Positions 29,108 through 39,259 of a stretch of 64,000 bases of DNA are shown here, one piece after another. How positions within the stretch are numbered: position 1 is the stretch's first letter; each line of letters begins with the position of its first letter. Origin of the DNA: an uncultured bacterium (lineage in GTDB: Bacteria > Krumholzibacteriota > Krumholzibacteriia > LZORAL124-64-63); contig CAVSZB010000005.1 of the NCBI GenBank assembly GCA_963732385.1, forward strand, positions 128,001-192,000. Direction: 5' to 3'. A program made the translations under genes and the position numbers. Under the pieces are notes generated by a model. It searched no databases and had not been told where the DNA came from. It saw nothing but the letters and a program-made list of their open reading frames with translations.

Positions 29108-30369
29108 TTCGCCACCCGCCGGATGCGGGCGCCGAGCGCCGCCAGCTTCTGCTCGATCCGCTCGTAACCCCGGTCGATGTGGTAGATCCGATCGACGGTC
29201 GTCGTGCCGATCGCCGCCACCCCGGCCAGGATCAGCGCCGCCGACGCCCGCAGGTCCGTGGCCATCACCGGCGCCCCCTGCAGCCGATCCACGCCGAAAA
29301 CGATCGCGCTGGCGCCGTCGAGCCGGATGTCGGCGCCGAGCCGCCGCAATTCCGCCACGTGCGTGAAACGATCGGGGTAGATCGTGTCTGTGATGAAGCT
29401 GGTGCCGGAGGCGAGCGTCGCCACCATCATTACCTGCGCCTGCATGTCGGTCGGGAAACCGGGGTAGGGACGCGTCACCACCTCAACCGCCCGCGGACGC
29501 TCGCCCGCCTCGACGGTCAGGGCGCCAGCGCCGGCAGGAGTCACCGCGCAGCCCATCGCCTTGAGCGCCGCGGTGCAAGCGTCGAGATGATCCGGACGGC
29601 AGTGCGTGAGCGTGATCCGCCCCCCCGTGACGGCGGCCGCCGCCATGAAGGTCCCGGCCTCGATCCGATCGGGAATGACCTGGTGACGCAGCGGCGCCAG
29701 CGCGGAAACGCCGCGCACGAGCAGCGTCGGCGTGCCGATCCCCTCGATGCCCGCTCCGGCCCCGGCCAGCGCCTCCGCCAGCAGGGTCACCTCCGGCTCG
29801 CAGGCGCAATTGAGCAGCTCGCTCGTGCCGTCGGCCAGGACGGCCGCCATCAGCACGTTCGCGGTCGCGCCGACCGAGGAGGGCTCGAACCGGAAACGCC
29901 CGCCACGCAGGCCGGCCGGCGCGCGGCCGACGATGTAACCCCCTTCGAGGTCCAGCTCCGCGCCCAGCGCGCGCAGGCCATCGAGGTGCAGGTTGACCGG
30001 ACGCGGCCCCCAGGCGCATCCGCCCGGCAGCGAGACCCGGGCCTGTCCGTGCGCCGCGAGCAACGGACCGAGCACGTACACGCTCGCGCGCATCGTCTTG
30101 ACCAGCTCGTAGGGAGCCTCCACGCCAGCGGCCGCCGAGGTGTCGATGCGCAGTGCGTCGCCGACCAGTTCGCAGCGCGCGCCAAGCATTTCGAGCAGAC
30201 GCATGAAGGTGCGCACGTCGCGCAGATCGGGCACGTTCCCGATCAGAGACTCGCCGCGGGCAAGCAGCGCCGCGGCCATCAGCGGCAGCACCGCGTTCTT
30301 CGCCCCACCGATCCTGACCTCGCCTTCGAGCCGGGTCGGTCCTTCGATCACGAAGCGGTCCATGCTCAC
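29104..30369 (-). CDS. murA: UDP-N-acetylglucosamine 1-carboxyvinyltransferase
   Basis: GAKNA, MRAS, LPGGC..G.RP, SVGAT, PGFPTDMQ, TDLRAS, DRGYE. Confidence 0.97.
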   Translation of the reverse strand: MSMDRFVIEGPTRLEGEVRIGGAKNAVLPLMAAALLARGESLIGNVPDLRDVRTFMRLLEMLGARCELVGDALRIDTSAAAGVEAPYELVKTMRASVYVLGPLLAAHGQARVSLPGGCAWGPRPVNLHLDGLRALGAELDLEGGYIVGRAPAGLRGGRFRFEPSSVGATANVLMAAVLADGTSELLNCACEPEVTLLAEALAGAGAGIEGIGTPTLLVRGVSALAPLRHQVIPDRIEAGTFMAAAAVTGGRITLTHCRPDHLDACTAALKAMGCAVTPAGAGALTVEAGERPRAVEVVTRPYPGFPTDMQAQVMMVATLASGTSFITDTIYPDRFTHVAELRRLGADIRLDGASAIVFGVDRLQGAPVMATDLRASAALILAGVAAIGTTTVDRIYHIDRGYERIEQKLAALGARIRRVAK

Positions 30370-31298
30370 CTTCCCGGAACAGGGGTATCGTCACCCGGCG
30401 GCGGCGGGCCATCCTCCGGCGCGCGACGCGCCGTCACCACGCGCGGGCGTCCGGCGAGGTCGCGCGTCATCGCCGCTCCCACCCAGCCGCCGCGGTCCAG
30501 AATCCCGCACACGTCAGCGTCCTGGTCCGCCCCGATCTCCATCGCCAGCCAGCCCCCCGGCCGCAGCCAGCGCCGGCCCAGGGCGCCCAGGGCCCGGTAG
30601 AAGCTCAGCCCGTCCGGTCCGCCGTCGAGCGCCTCCCGCGGATCGTGGCGCGACACCTCCACCGGCAGGCTGTCGATCTCGTCCCGCCTGACGTAGGGCG
30701 GATTGCTGACCAGCAGGTCGACCTGCCCCACCAGACGCGACGGCAGCGGATCGGCCAGGTGGCCGGCCAGGCAGACGACGCGCGGCGCCACCCCCAGCCG
30801 GTGCGCGTTCGCCTCGGTCAGGCGCACCGCCGCCGGATTGATGTCGGTCGCCCAGACGCTCAACGCCGGGATCTCGGCGGCCAGGGAGAGGCCGACCACC
30901 CCGCTGCCGCAGCACAGGTCAAGCGCCACCGGCGCGATCAACCGGCTCGTCCCCTCCGTCAGCAGGGCCACGCACCGCTCGACCAGCGCTTCCGTTTCCG
31001 GGCGTGGAATGAACACTCCCGGCTCGACGCGGAACGGGCGCGAATAGAATTCCTGCTCGCCGATCAGGGTCTGCAGCGGCTCGCCCGCGCCGCGGCGACG
31101 CAGCAGCTCCCGGAAACGTTCCAGCTCACCGCTGGTCAGCGGCCGGTCATGGTGCAGGTACAGCTCAAGCCGCGAGAGCCCGAGCACATGCCCGAGCAGG
31201 CGTTCGGCATTCAGCCGGGCGGAGGGCACACCCTTCCCCTCCAGCCAGCCGGCGGCGGCCGGCATCAGATCGCGGACGCTCTTGAGGGCTTCGGGCAT
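30366..31298 (-). CDS. prmC: Release factor glutamine methyltransferase
   Basis: IPRPETE, DLCCGSG, SNPPY, ALDGG.DGL; follows prfA. Confidence 0.95.
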   Translation of the reverse strand: MPEALKSVRDLMPAAAGWLEGKGVPSARLNAERLLGHVLGLSRLELYLHHDRPLTSGELERFRELLRRRGAGEPLQTLIGEQEFYSRPFRVEPGVFIPRPETEALVERCVALLTEGTSRLIAPVALDLCCGSGVVGLSLAAEIPALSVWATDINPAAVRLTEANAHRLGVAPRVVCLAGHLADPLPSRLVGQVDLLVSNPPYVRRDEIDSLPVEVSRHDPREALDGGPDGLSFYRALGALGRRWLRPGGWLAMEIGADQDADVCGILDRGGWVGAAMTRDLAGRPRVVTARRAPEDGPPPPGDDTPVPGR

Positions 31299-31378
31299 TG
31301 GCGAACGGGGCGGGCCGCGGGCCGGGACCGCCGGACCGCCGGACCGCGGGAAAAGGAGCGCCGCCGGGGCGGCCCCGG

Positions 31379-32451
<1,073 letters not shown>

Positions 32452-32455
<4 letters not shown>

Positions 32456-33462
32456 GGCGCCCCCTCCCGTCCGGGACTCGCGGGGGGCGCGGAGGCCTCG
32501 CCGGGCTCCTCCCAGGTCGTCTCCCGGAAATCGGCCTCCTCGGGCGCGAGCACCGCGCGCAGGGCCGCCATCGCCACCTCGAGCTGGGCGTCATCCGGCT
32601 CATTGGTGGTGATGCGCTGCAGCATGAGGCCGGGCCAGACGAGCGGCTTCAGCGCCGGCGCGTCCCGGAAGCGGCCCGAAAACTTGATCGCTTCGTAGGC
32701 CAGCCCGCCGATCAGCGGCACGAAAGCCAGCCGCAGCAGTCGGGCCCCCACGGTATCGGGCCGGCCGAGGAAGACGAAGACCACCACCGAGATCATCATG
32801 ACGAAGAAGAGGAAGCTCGTGCCGCAGCGGGGATGGAGGGTCGGGAACGGCCGCGCGCCCGCCGGCGTGAGCTCCCGCCCGTTCTCGAAGGCGTGGATCG
32901 TCTTATGTTCGGCGCCGTGATACTGGAACACCCGCGCCATGTCGGGCAGCCGGGAGATGCCCCAGAGGTAGGCCACGAATATGACGATGCGGAACAGCCC
33001 GTCCACGAGATTGAACCAGAGCGAGTGCTCGATGCCGAGCAGCCCCGTCAGCACCAGAGGCAGGTAGAAGAAGAGCCCCAGCCCGAGCACGAATGACAGG
33101 ACCAGCGTGCCCCCCATCAGCAGGGTCTCGCCCGTCTTGCGCGGCCGCGCCTGCGCGACCGGCCCGTCGTCTGCCGCCTGATCCGCGGCGAAGGTGAGCG
33201 CGCCCAGCCCGATCGCCAGCGACTCCACCAGGTGCACCCCCCCGCGCAGCACCGGCACGCCCAGCGCCGGCATGCGCCGCACGATGCTGCGGAACGGCCG
33301 CTTGCGCACTACGATCCGCCCGGCCGCGTTGCGCACAGCCGTCGCCACGGCGGTGGGCGAGCGCATCATGACCCCCTCGATCACCGCCTGCCCGCCGATC
33401 GCAAGATCCAGCTGGCGGGGGTCGCACGGGGCAGGGGAGGCGGGGGCTGATTTCAGCTGCAT
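32452..33462 (-). CDS. DUF1385 domain membrane protein
   Basis: [38 protein letters not shown]. Confidence 0.92.
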
Positions 33463-33551
33463 CGGATCGCTCTCGAGAGGTCGCCCGTCGGATCGGACTC
33501 CCGGCGCGCCGCACACGCAGCCGCCGCGGGGAACGGCCCGGCGAGGAGGGG

Positions 33552-33593
33552 AAAAACAGAGAGGGTGCCGACAGGCCTCAGCCCGGCACCCTC
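33552..33593 (-). terminator. Intrinsic terminator after rpmE
   Basis: 10-bp stem gagggtgccg/cggcaccctc followed by TCTGTTTTT on the minus strand. Confidence 0.6.
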
Positions 33594-33651
33594 GCGAACG
33601 GTCACGGCGCCCACGGTCGCGCGGACCGGGTCCGCGCCGCGGGGCCTCGGG

Positions 33652-33870
33652 TCATGCCTTCTTGCCGTAATCGGCCCCCGCGTAGCGCCTGCGGAAGCGC
33701 TCCACGCGGCCCGCCGTATCGACGATCTTCTGCTGGCCCGTGAAAAACGGGTGGCAGCTCGAGCAGATCTCGACGTTGATTTTCGGCAATGACGAACGCG
33801 TGTGGATCACGTTGCCGCAGAGGCACGTGATTTCACAGGCGACATACTTGGGATGAACGTCCTTCTTCAT
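33652..33870 (-). CDS. rpmE: 50S ribosomal protein L31 (Zn-binding type)
   Basis: [35 protein letters not shown]. Confidence 0.97.
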   Translation of the reverse strand: MKKDVHPKYVACEITCLCGNVIHTRSSLPKINVEICSSCHPFFTGQQKIVDTAGRVERFRRRYAGADYGKKA

Positions 33871-33976
33871 TTCCAACAACTTTCGCTGTCCGTTCGCCTG
33901 CGTTGCGATCGCCCCAAAGAAAGCAGGGAATCGCCGCCGGGCAAGATCTATTTTCCTGATGCCCCCCGGATCGGGA

Positions 33977-35224
33977 TCAGGTGTTCATCGCACCAAGGAA
34001 CTGGGCGTTGTTCTTCGTCTTGCCCAGCTTGTCCAGCAGGAACTCCATCGCCTCGACCGGGCTGTAGTCGTTCAGGTACTTGCGCAGCACCCAGATCTTG
34101 TTGATGTCCTTCTTGTCTAGCAGCAGCTCTTCCTTGCGCGTGCCCGACTTGAAGATGTCCGTGGCGGGGTAGATGCGCCGGTCGGCGATCTTCCGGTCGA
34201 GCACGAGCTCCATGTTGCCGGTCCCCTTGAACTCCTCGAAGATCACCTCGTCCATGCGGCTGCCGGTCTCGATCAGGGCCGTGGCGATGATCGTCAGCGA
34301 CCCGCCCTCCTCGATGTTGCGCGCCGCGCCGAAGAACCGCTTCGGCTTCTGCAGTGCGTTCGAGTCGACGCCGCCGGAGAGGATCTTGCCGGAGTGCGGC
34401 ACCACGGTGTTGTGGGCGCGCGCGAGACGGGTGATCGAGTCGAGCAGGATGACCACATCCTTCCCGCACTCGACCAGCCGGCGAGCCTTGGCCAGCACCA
34501 TGCTCGCGACCTGCACGTGCCGCTCCGCCGGCTCGTCGAACGTAGAGCTGATGACCTCACCCTTGACCGAACGCGCCATGTCCGTGACCTCCTCGGGCCG
34601 CTCGTCGATGAGCAGCACGATGAGGTGCACCTCGGGGTGATTCTGCGTGATAGAGTTCGCGATTTTCTGCAGGATCACCGTCTTGCCGGCCCGGGGAGGC
34701 GACACGATCAGGCCGCGCTGCCCCTTCCCGATCGGAGCCATCAGATTGATGATGCGCGAGGTGATTTCTTCGCCGTTCGTTTCAAGATTGATCATCTCGT
34801 TGGGATACAGCGGCGTAAGGTTGTCGAACAGGGTGACCTTCTTGGCCGTCTCCGGATCCTGGTAATTGACCGTCTCCACCTTCAGAAGCGCGAAGTAGCG
34901 CTCGTTATCCTTCGGCGGCCGCACCTGGCCGGCCACGGTGTCACCTGTCTTGAGGTCGAACTTCTTGATCTGTGATGGGGAGAGGTAGATGTCGTCCGGG
35001 CCTGGCAGATAATTGTACTTCGCCGACCTGAGAAAACCGTAACCCTCAGCCAGGACCTGCAGGACACCCTCGGCGTAGATTAGTCCGTTCTTCTCGGTCT
35101 GACCTTCGAGGATCTTGAAGATCAGCTCGGACTTCCGCATGGTGCTGACGCCCTCGATGTTCATCCCGCGGGCGACCTCCACCAGCTCGTGGATGTTCTT
35201 CTCCTGCAACTCCTTGATGTCCAT
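33977..35224 (-). CDS. rho: Transcription termination factor Rho
   Basis: [48 protein letters not shown]. Confidence 0.98.
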   Translation of the reverse strand: MDIKELQEKNIHELVEVARGMNIEGVSTMRKSELIFKILEGQTEKNGLIYAEGVLQVLAEGYGFLRSAKYNYLPGPDDIYLSPSQIKKFDLKTGDTVAGQVRPPKDNERYFALLKVETVNYQDPETAKKVTLFDNLTPLYPNEMINLETNGEEITSRIINLMAPIGKGQRGLIVSPPRAGKTVILQKIANSITQNHPEVHLIVLLIDERPEEVTDMARSVKGEVISSTFDEPAERHVQVASMVLAKARRLVECGKDVVILLDSITRLARAHNTVVPHSGKILSGGVDSNALQKPKRFFGAARNIEEGGSLTIIATALIETGSRMDEVIFEEFKGTGNMELVLDRKIADRRIYPATDIFKSGTRKEELLLDKKDINKIWVLRKYLNDYSPVEAMEFLLDKLGKTKNNAQFLGAMNT

Positions 35225-35419
35225 GATACTCCCTCGCCGCGAGGCGCGGAAAATGGTGGCCGGGATGGGATAGCTTGTTATCGGGAAGAGGGCGCGTCGT
35301 GAGCGCCCTCTGATTCGACCAGGTTCTCGCCGCTCTCCTGGGAGCGTTTTCCCTTGGACATTCGCCGTTCGTTTAAAGCAATTGTCGTGCCGCGTTTCCG
35401 ACGCGGGTCAGGGACGAGG

Positions 35420-36628
35420 CTACTGACCTCCGCTGCCTGAGACCTGCAATTCATTGAACTTCAGCATATTGGCTTCTGACGCCTTGTTGTCGCCAGTTTC
35501 GAACTGACACCGGGCCAGGATGAGGTAGCAATTGACGCAGTCAAAGAAGGCGTCCACGGCCGCATTCCCCACGTTCACGCCCTCGTCGAACTGGGCCCTG
35601 GCCTGACTCTCCAGTTCCGCCTGCGCCGACGGATCAGCGGCTTCAGCCGCCTGCTGCTTGAGGGAGATACCGTAGCTGTAGTGCGTCAGAAGGCGCCCCG
35701 TCATCGTCTCCTGCTCCGGCAGGAGTTGCAGCTGCAGGGCGCGCTTGTAAAGGTCGAGGGCCTCGGGATAACGATGGATGTCCTTCTGCGCCAGCCAGCC
35801 GGCCGACTGCACCATCAGGTCCTTGATTTCCGTGTCATTCTCGGGATTGCCGTCGTTTTCGAGCACATCGATCAGCCGGATCGACAGGTCCGCGGCCCGC
35901 TCGAGTTTGCCGTCCTGCACGGCGAGGTTCGCCATGTCGATCAGGAGAGTCACGTCGCTGCCATGCTCCCGCAGCAGGTCGTCAAAGATCCGGGTCGCTT
36001 CGTCGCTGCGCCCCAGCTTGGCCAGCACGTTCGCCTTGTCTGCGAGCAGATCATAGGCGCCGGGACGCTGCTTGAGCACATCATCGAGCAGCGCGAGCGC
36101 TGTCTCCAGGATGGCGGGGTCGTTGTTGTTCTCGTTCGCCTGCTTGATTTTCATGACCGCGATATTCTTGATGGGCGCAATGGAGTCGGGCAGCGAGGCG
36201 TAGGCCAGATGGAAGAAACCCTCCGCAGCTTCGTAGAAGCGCCCCGCATATTCGGTCTTCGCATCATTGTTGCGCAGCGTGTAGTTGTGCAGCAGCGCCA
36301 GCTCGACGTTCTCCTTGAACTGCTCGGGCCGAAGGGTGCGGGCCTTGCTGTAGTATCCGTACGCCATCTCGTAGTTCTGCCGGGCAACCGTGAACTTGTT
36401 CTCCGAAATGGCCACTTCCGCCAGCTTGCTGTGCGCTTCGCCCAGGTAGTAGAACGCGTCCGCTTCCTCGGGATTGTACTCGAGGGCCTCGTGCAGGACC
36501 TTCACGGCCTTGTCGTACTTCTGCTCTTCCATGTAGAGGATTGCGCTGGTGGTCTGCGCCGAACGGCACCCGGCCAGAGCCATCAACAGCAGCAACGTTG
36601 ACAGACACAGCGAACGCATCCGAGTCAT
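35420..36628 (-). CDS. TPR-repeat lipoprotein
   Basis: Lipobox LAGC; TPR repeats (ALEYNPEEADAFYYLG). Confidence 0.8.
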   Translation of the reverse strand: MTRMRSLCLSTLLLLMALAGCRSAQTTSAILYMEEQKYDKAVKVLHEALEYNPEEADAFYYLGEAHSKLAEVAISENKFTVARQNYEMAYGYYSKARTLRPEQFKENVELALLHNYTLRNNDAKTEYAGRFYEAAEGFFHLAYASLPDSIAPIKNIAVMKIKQANENNNDPAILETALALLDDVLKQRPGAYDLLADKANVLAKLGRSDEATRIFDDLLREHGSDVTLLIDMANLAVQDGKLERAADLSIRLIDVLENDGNPENDTEIKDLMVQSAGWLAQKDIHRYPEALDLYKRALQLQLLPEQETMTGRLLTHYSYGISLKQQAAEAADPSAQAELESQARAQFDEGVNVGNAAVDAFFDCVNCYLILARCQFETGDNKASEANMLKFNELQVSGSGGQ

Positions 36629-36843
36629 GCGGATTCCCCCTAGCACTGGATGAACGGCATGGCAGACATCGCCTGGGTTACCCTGCTATCGGTGGGGTCT
36701 TGACCAGCACTCCGGAAGATCTCGCCGGGCGGGCAGCGGTGCCTTTGCGCCCGTCAAACAGGAGCGCTTGTGTTAATAGATAGTGTCCCATCCATTGCGC
36801 TGTCAAGCGAAACCGGCCACGGCCGCCGGGGCCGTGGCGTCAC

Positions 36844-37383
36844 TCACCGGGAATTACGCCCCCGTCGCGCCGCACCGCGGCCCGTACCATCACGCGGATG
36901 CCCGCCCTCCCACGGCAGGGCCTCCAGGTAGGCTCCCCGCTGCGCCGGGGTGAGGACCGCGATCTCGCGCAGCATAACCGCCGCCACCAACGAATCGACC
37001 CGGGCCTGGGCCGCCCCCAGTTCCTTCAATCGCGTGCGCACCGCCACGGTATCGGTCGGATCTGCCCGATAGGCCGCCAGCAGCGCCTTTCGCGCGCGGT
37101 GCACCGCCTCGCGATGCCCCGCCATCGGCTCCAGGCCGGCGCGCCGGATCATCGCGAGATGCTCGTGCTGGGCCGGGTCGAGACCGAGATTTCCGGCCAG
37201 GCGATCCAGCCGACGTTCGGCAAGACGATCCCAGCGTGGACGGCCAGGCAGGGCGCCGCCCGGTTCACCGGACGCGGTGGCGAATCGCGGCCGCGGCGAC
37301 GGTCCGCCCAGCAACGGGCGGAAGAGCAGCCCGACGTTGAGGCCAAGCGAGAGAATCAGCAGCAACAGCCAGCCCCGTTTCAT
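36844..37383 (-). CDS. Spy/CpxP-like periplasmic (heavy-metal sensor family) protein
   Basis: SLGLNVG TM segment, LGLDPAQ and LTPAQR (LTxxQ) motifs. Confidence 0.8.
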   Translation of the reverse strand: MKRGWLLLLILSLGLNVGLLFRPLLGGPSPRPRFATASGEPGGALPGRPRWDRLAERRLDRLAGNLGLDPAQHEHLAMIRRAGLEPMAGHREAVHRARKALLAAYRADPTDTVAVRTRLKELGAAQARVDSLVAAVMLREIAVLTPAQRGAYLEALPWEGGHPRDGTGRGAARRGRNSR

Positions 37384-37868
37384 GGCGCGCCTCCCGCCGC
37401 ATCTGGCGCTTCGTCCGCGTCAGCGATCGTGTCAAGGTAGATGCCATCGAGCGTCGTCGCGGCGCCTGCCACGACCAGCGTCTGCGCGCCGGCCCACTCC
37501 GATACGCCATCGTCGCTCTCGGCCGACGCCAGGGTGCCGGCACGGCCCGGTTCTCCTACGAGCAGCCCCACCAGAAGGCCGGCCGTAGCCGCGGCCAGAC
37601 CTGCCGCCCAAGGCAAGGACGCGCGGCGCGGTCCCGCGAAACTCGCTCGCAGGCCGGGCCAGGCCGGACGCGGCGCCATTGGCGGCTGCGCGGCCGCGAT
37701 GGCGTCCCAGAGCATCTCCAGCTCCTGCGCCGCGCGCGTGCAGTCGGGACAGGCGGCAAGATGTGCGCGCACGGCCTCGGCCGCGTCGACAGGCAGCTCG
37801 CCATCGCGCCAGGCCTGCAGTCGCGCGAGGACATGAAGTTCGTGCCGGTTGTCATCCATCCCGCTCAC
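37380..37868 (-). CDS. ZAS (zf-HC2) anti-sigma factor
   Basis: DGEL......V.AHLAACPDC (HxxxCxxC) plus TM; follows the ECF sigma gene. Confidence 0.88.
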   Translation of the reverse strand: MSGMDDNRHELHVLARLQAWRDGELPVDAAEAVRAHLAACPDCTRAAQELEMLWDAIAAAQPPMAPRPAWPGLRASFAGPRRASLPWAAGLAAATAGLLVGLLVGEPGRAGTLASAESDDGVSEWAGAQTLVVAGAATTLDGIYLDTIADADEAPDAAGGAP

Positions 37869-38494
37869 TCCTCCCGTGCGAGATCCCGCCGCAGGGCGGC
37901 AATGGCCCGCGTCAGCAGCGATTCCACGGCGGATTCGGTCGTGCCGAGCACGACCGCGATCTCGCGATAGCTCAGTCCTTCATCCTGCCGAAGCGCCACC
38001 GCGGCCCGTTGTCGTTCCGGCAGGCGCGCCAACGCGATCCGCACCTGCCGTAACCGCTCCCGCCGCTCGATCGTCTCCTGCACCGACTCGCCCCCGGAAG
38101 CCCGGTCGTGCCTGGTCATGTCGAACCGGACCCAGTTCAGCACCCTTCGGCGCCGCAGGGCGCTGCGGGCCAGGTTGCCGGCGATCCGGAAGAGCCAGCT
38201 GCGAAACAGGCCGGCACCCTGGTAACGCGCAACCTGGGAGTGCACGCGTAGAAAGGTCTCCTGACGCAGGTCGAGAGCCTCCTCCGCCGAGCCGGTCATC
38301 CGGTAGAGAAACCCGAAGACAGGCCGTTCCCAGCGCTCGACCAGTTCCCGGAAAGCGCTCTCCTGCCCGGCCGCGGCCCGCGCCATGAGGGCATCGTCCG
38401 GATCCGCGGGCTCCAGCGTCCGGAGAGCAGGCCGGAGACCGCGAGCGTTCGGCTCGCGGTCTCCGGACGGACCTGCGCTCGGGGCCGCTGGCAT
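37865..38494 (-). CDS. ECF sigma-70 factor
   Basis: DL.QETFLRV, FRSWLFRIA.N, LPERQR....L...EGLSY.EIA. Confidence 0.92.
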   Translation of the reverse strand: MPAAPSAGPSGDREPNARGLRPALRTLEPADPDDALMARAAAGQESAFRELVERWERPVFGFLYRMTGSAEEALDLRQETFLRVHSQVARYQGAGLFRSWLFRIAGNLARSALRRRRVLNWVRFDMTRHDRASGGESVQETIERRERLRQVRIALARLPERQRAAVALRQDEGLSYREIAVVLGTTESAVESLLTRAIAALRRDLAREE

Positions 38495-38497
38495 GAC

Positions 38498-39109
38498 TCA
38501 GATACCCAGGTGACAGTCGGCGAACGGCTCGTCGCCCGGACCCTCCGCGCAACCGGGAAAGTTACCGCGGCCCGAGCCATGACCGACGCCGCCGAAATGT
38601 CGCCCCGCGCGACCCGGCCGACCACCGTGTCGGGCGCGTGGGCCGGAACCGTCATTCCGCTGTCCGCGCAACGCACCGAGCGTCATCAGGCGATCGCGCT
38701 GCTCCGGCGTCAGCAGGCCGCGCATGGCCAGGCGCTGGCGCAGGTGGTGCGCCTGAAGTTTCCCCCGCGCCTCGCCGATCCGGGCGGCGTACTGCTCCAC
38801 AACCTTGCCCTCGGGCGCATCCTTGAGCATCTCGCCGCGCAATTCGTGACGCAGCCGCAGCAGATCCTTACGCAGGGCCAGCCCCTCGGCGCGACCTGCC
38901 TCGCGCAGCTTGCCCAACTGTTCACGCTGTTCCGAAGTGAGATCGAGCCGTTCACAGAGTCTGCCCATCCGCTCGCCGCGGCCAAAACCATCGCCGCGAC
39001 CGGCGCCAGGGCCGTGACCGGGCTGGGCCGCGGCCGCGGCCGCCAGGCCGAGCACCAGACAGAGGGCGACCAGCGCCGCGCCCCGCATCGTTACCTGCTT
39101 GCCGTTCAT
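38498..39109 (-). CDS. Spy/CpxP family periplasmic chaperone
   Basis: Signal peptide; LDLTSEQ and LLTPEQR motifs. Confidence 0.85.
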   Translation of the reverse strand: MNGKQVTMRGAALVALCLVLGLAAAAAAQPGHGPGAGRGDGFGRGERMGRLCERLDLTSEQREQLGKLREAGRAEGLALRKDLLRLRHELRGEMLKDAPEGKVVEQYAARIGEARGKLQAHHLRQRLAMRGLLTPEQRDRLMTLGALRGQRNDGSGPRARHGGRPGRAGRHFGGVGHGSGRGNFPGCAEGPGDEPFADCHLGI

Positions 39110-39259
39110 GCTGGGTCCTTTCCTTGGCATTGTCTTCGGATTGCCGCTCCGGCGCGTCGACCGCGAGCATCCTCACCAATCAGCCCAACGCCCGGAGGCG
39201 CGGTTTCCTGCGCACCATGTCGCCGCGGAATCCGGGGGAGTGGAACCGCGGCGCGGACT

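Noticed and set aside
26189..29167. Very long antisense ORFs (992 aa here, 1005 aa at 43541-46558, and many similar)
   Set aside because: Shadow frames opposite well-supported genes, as expected in high-GC DNA.
31325..31348. GGACCGCC short tandem repeat between prfA and prmC
   Set aside because: Under three copies of a GC-rich 8-mer; no evidence of function.
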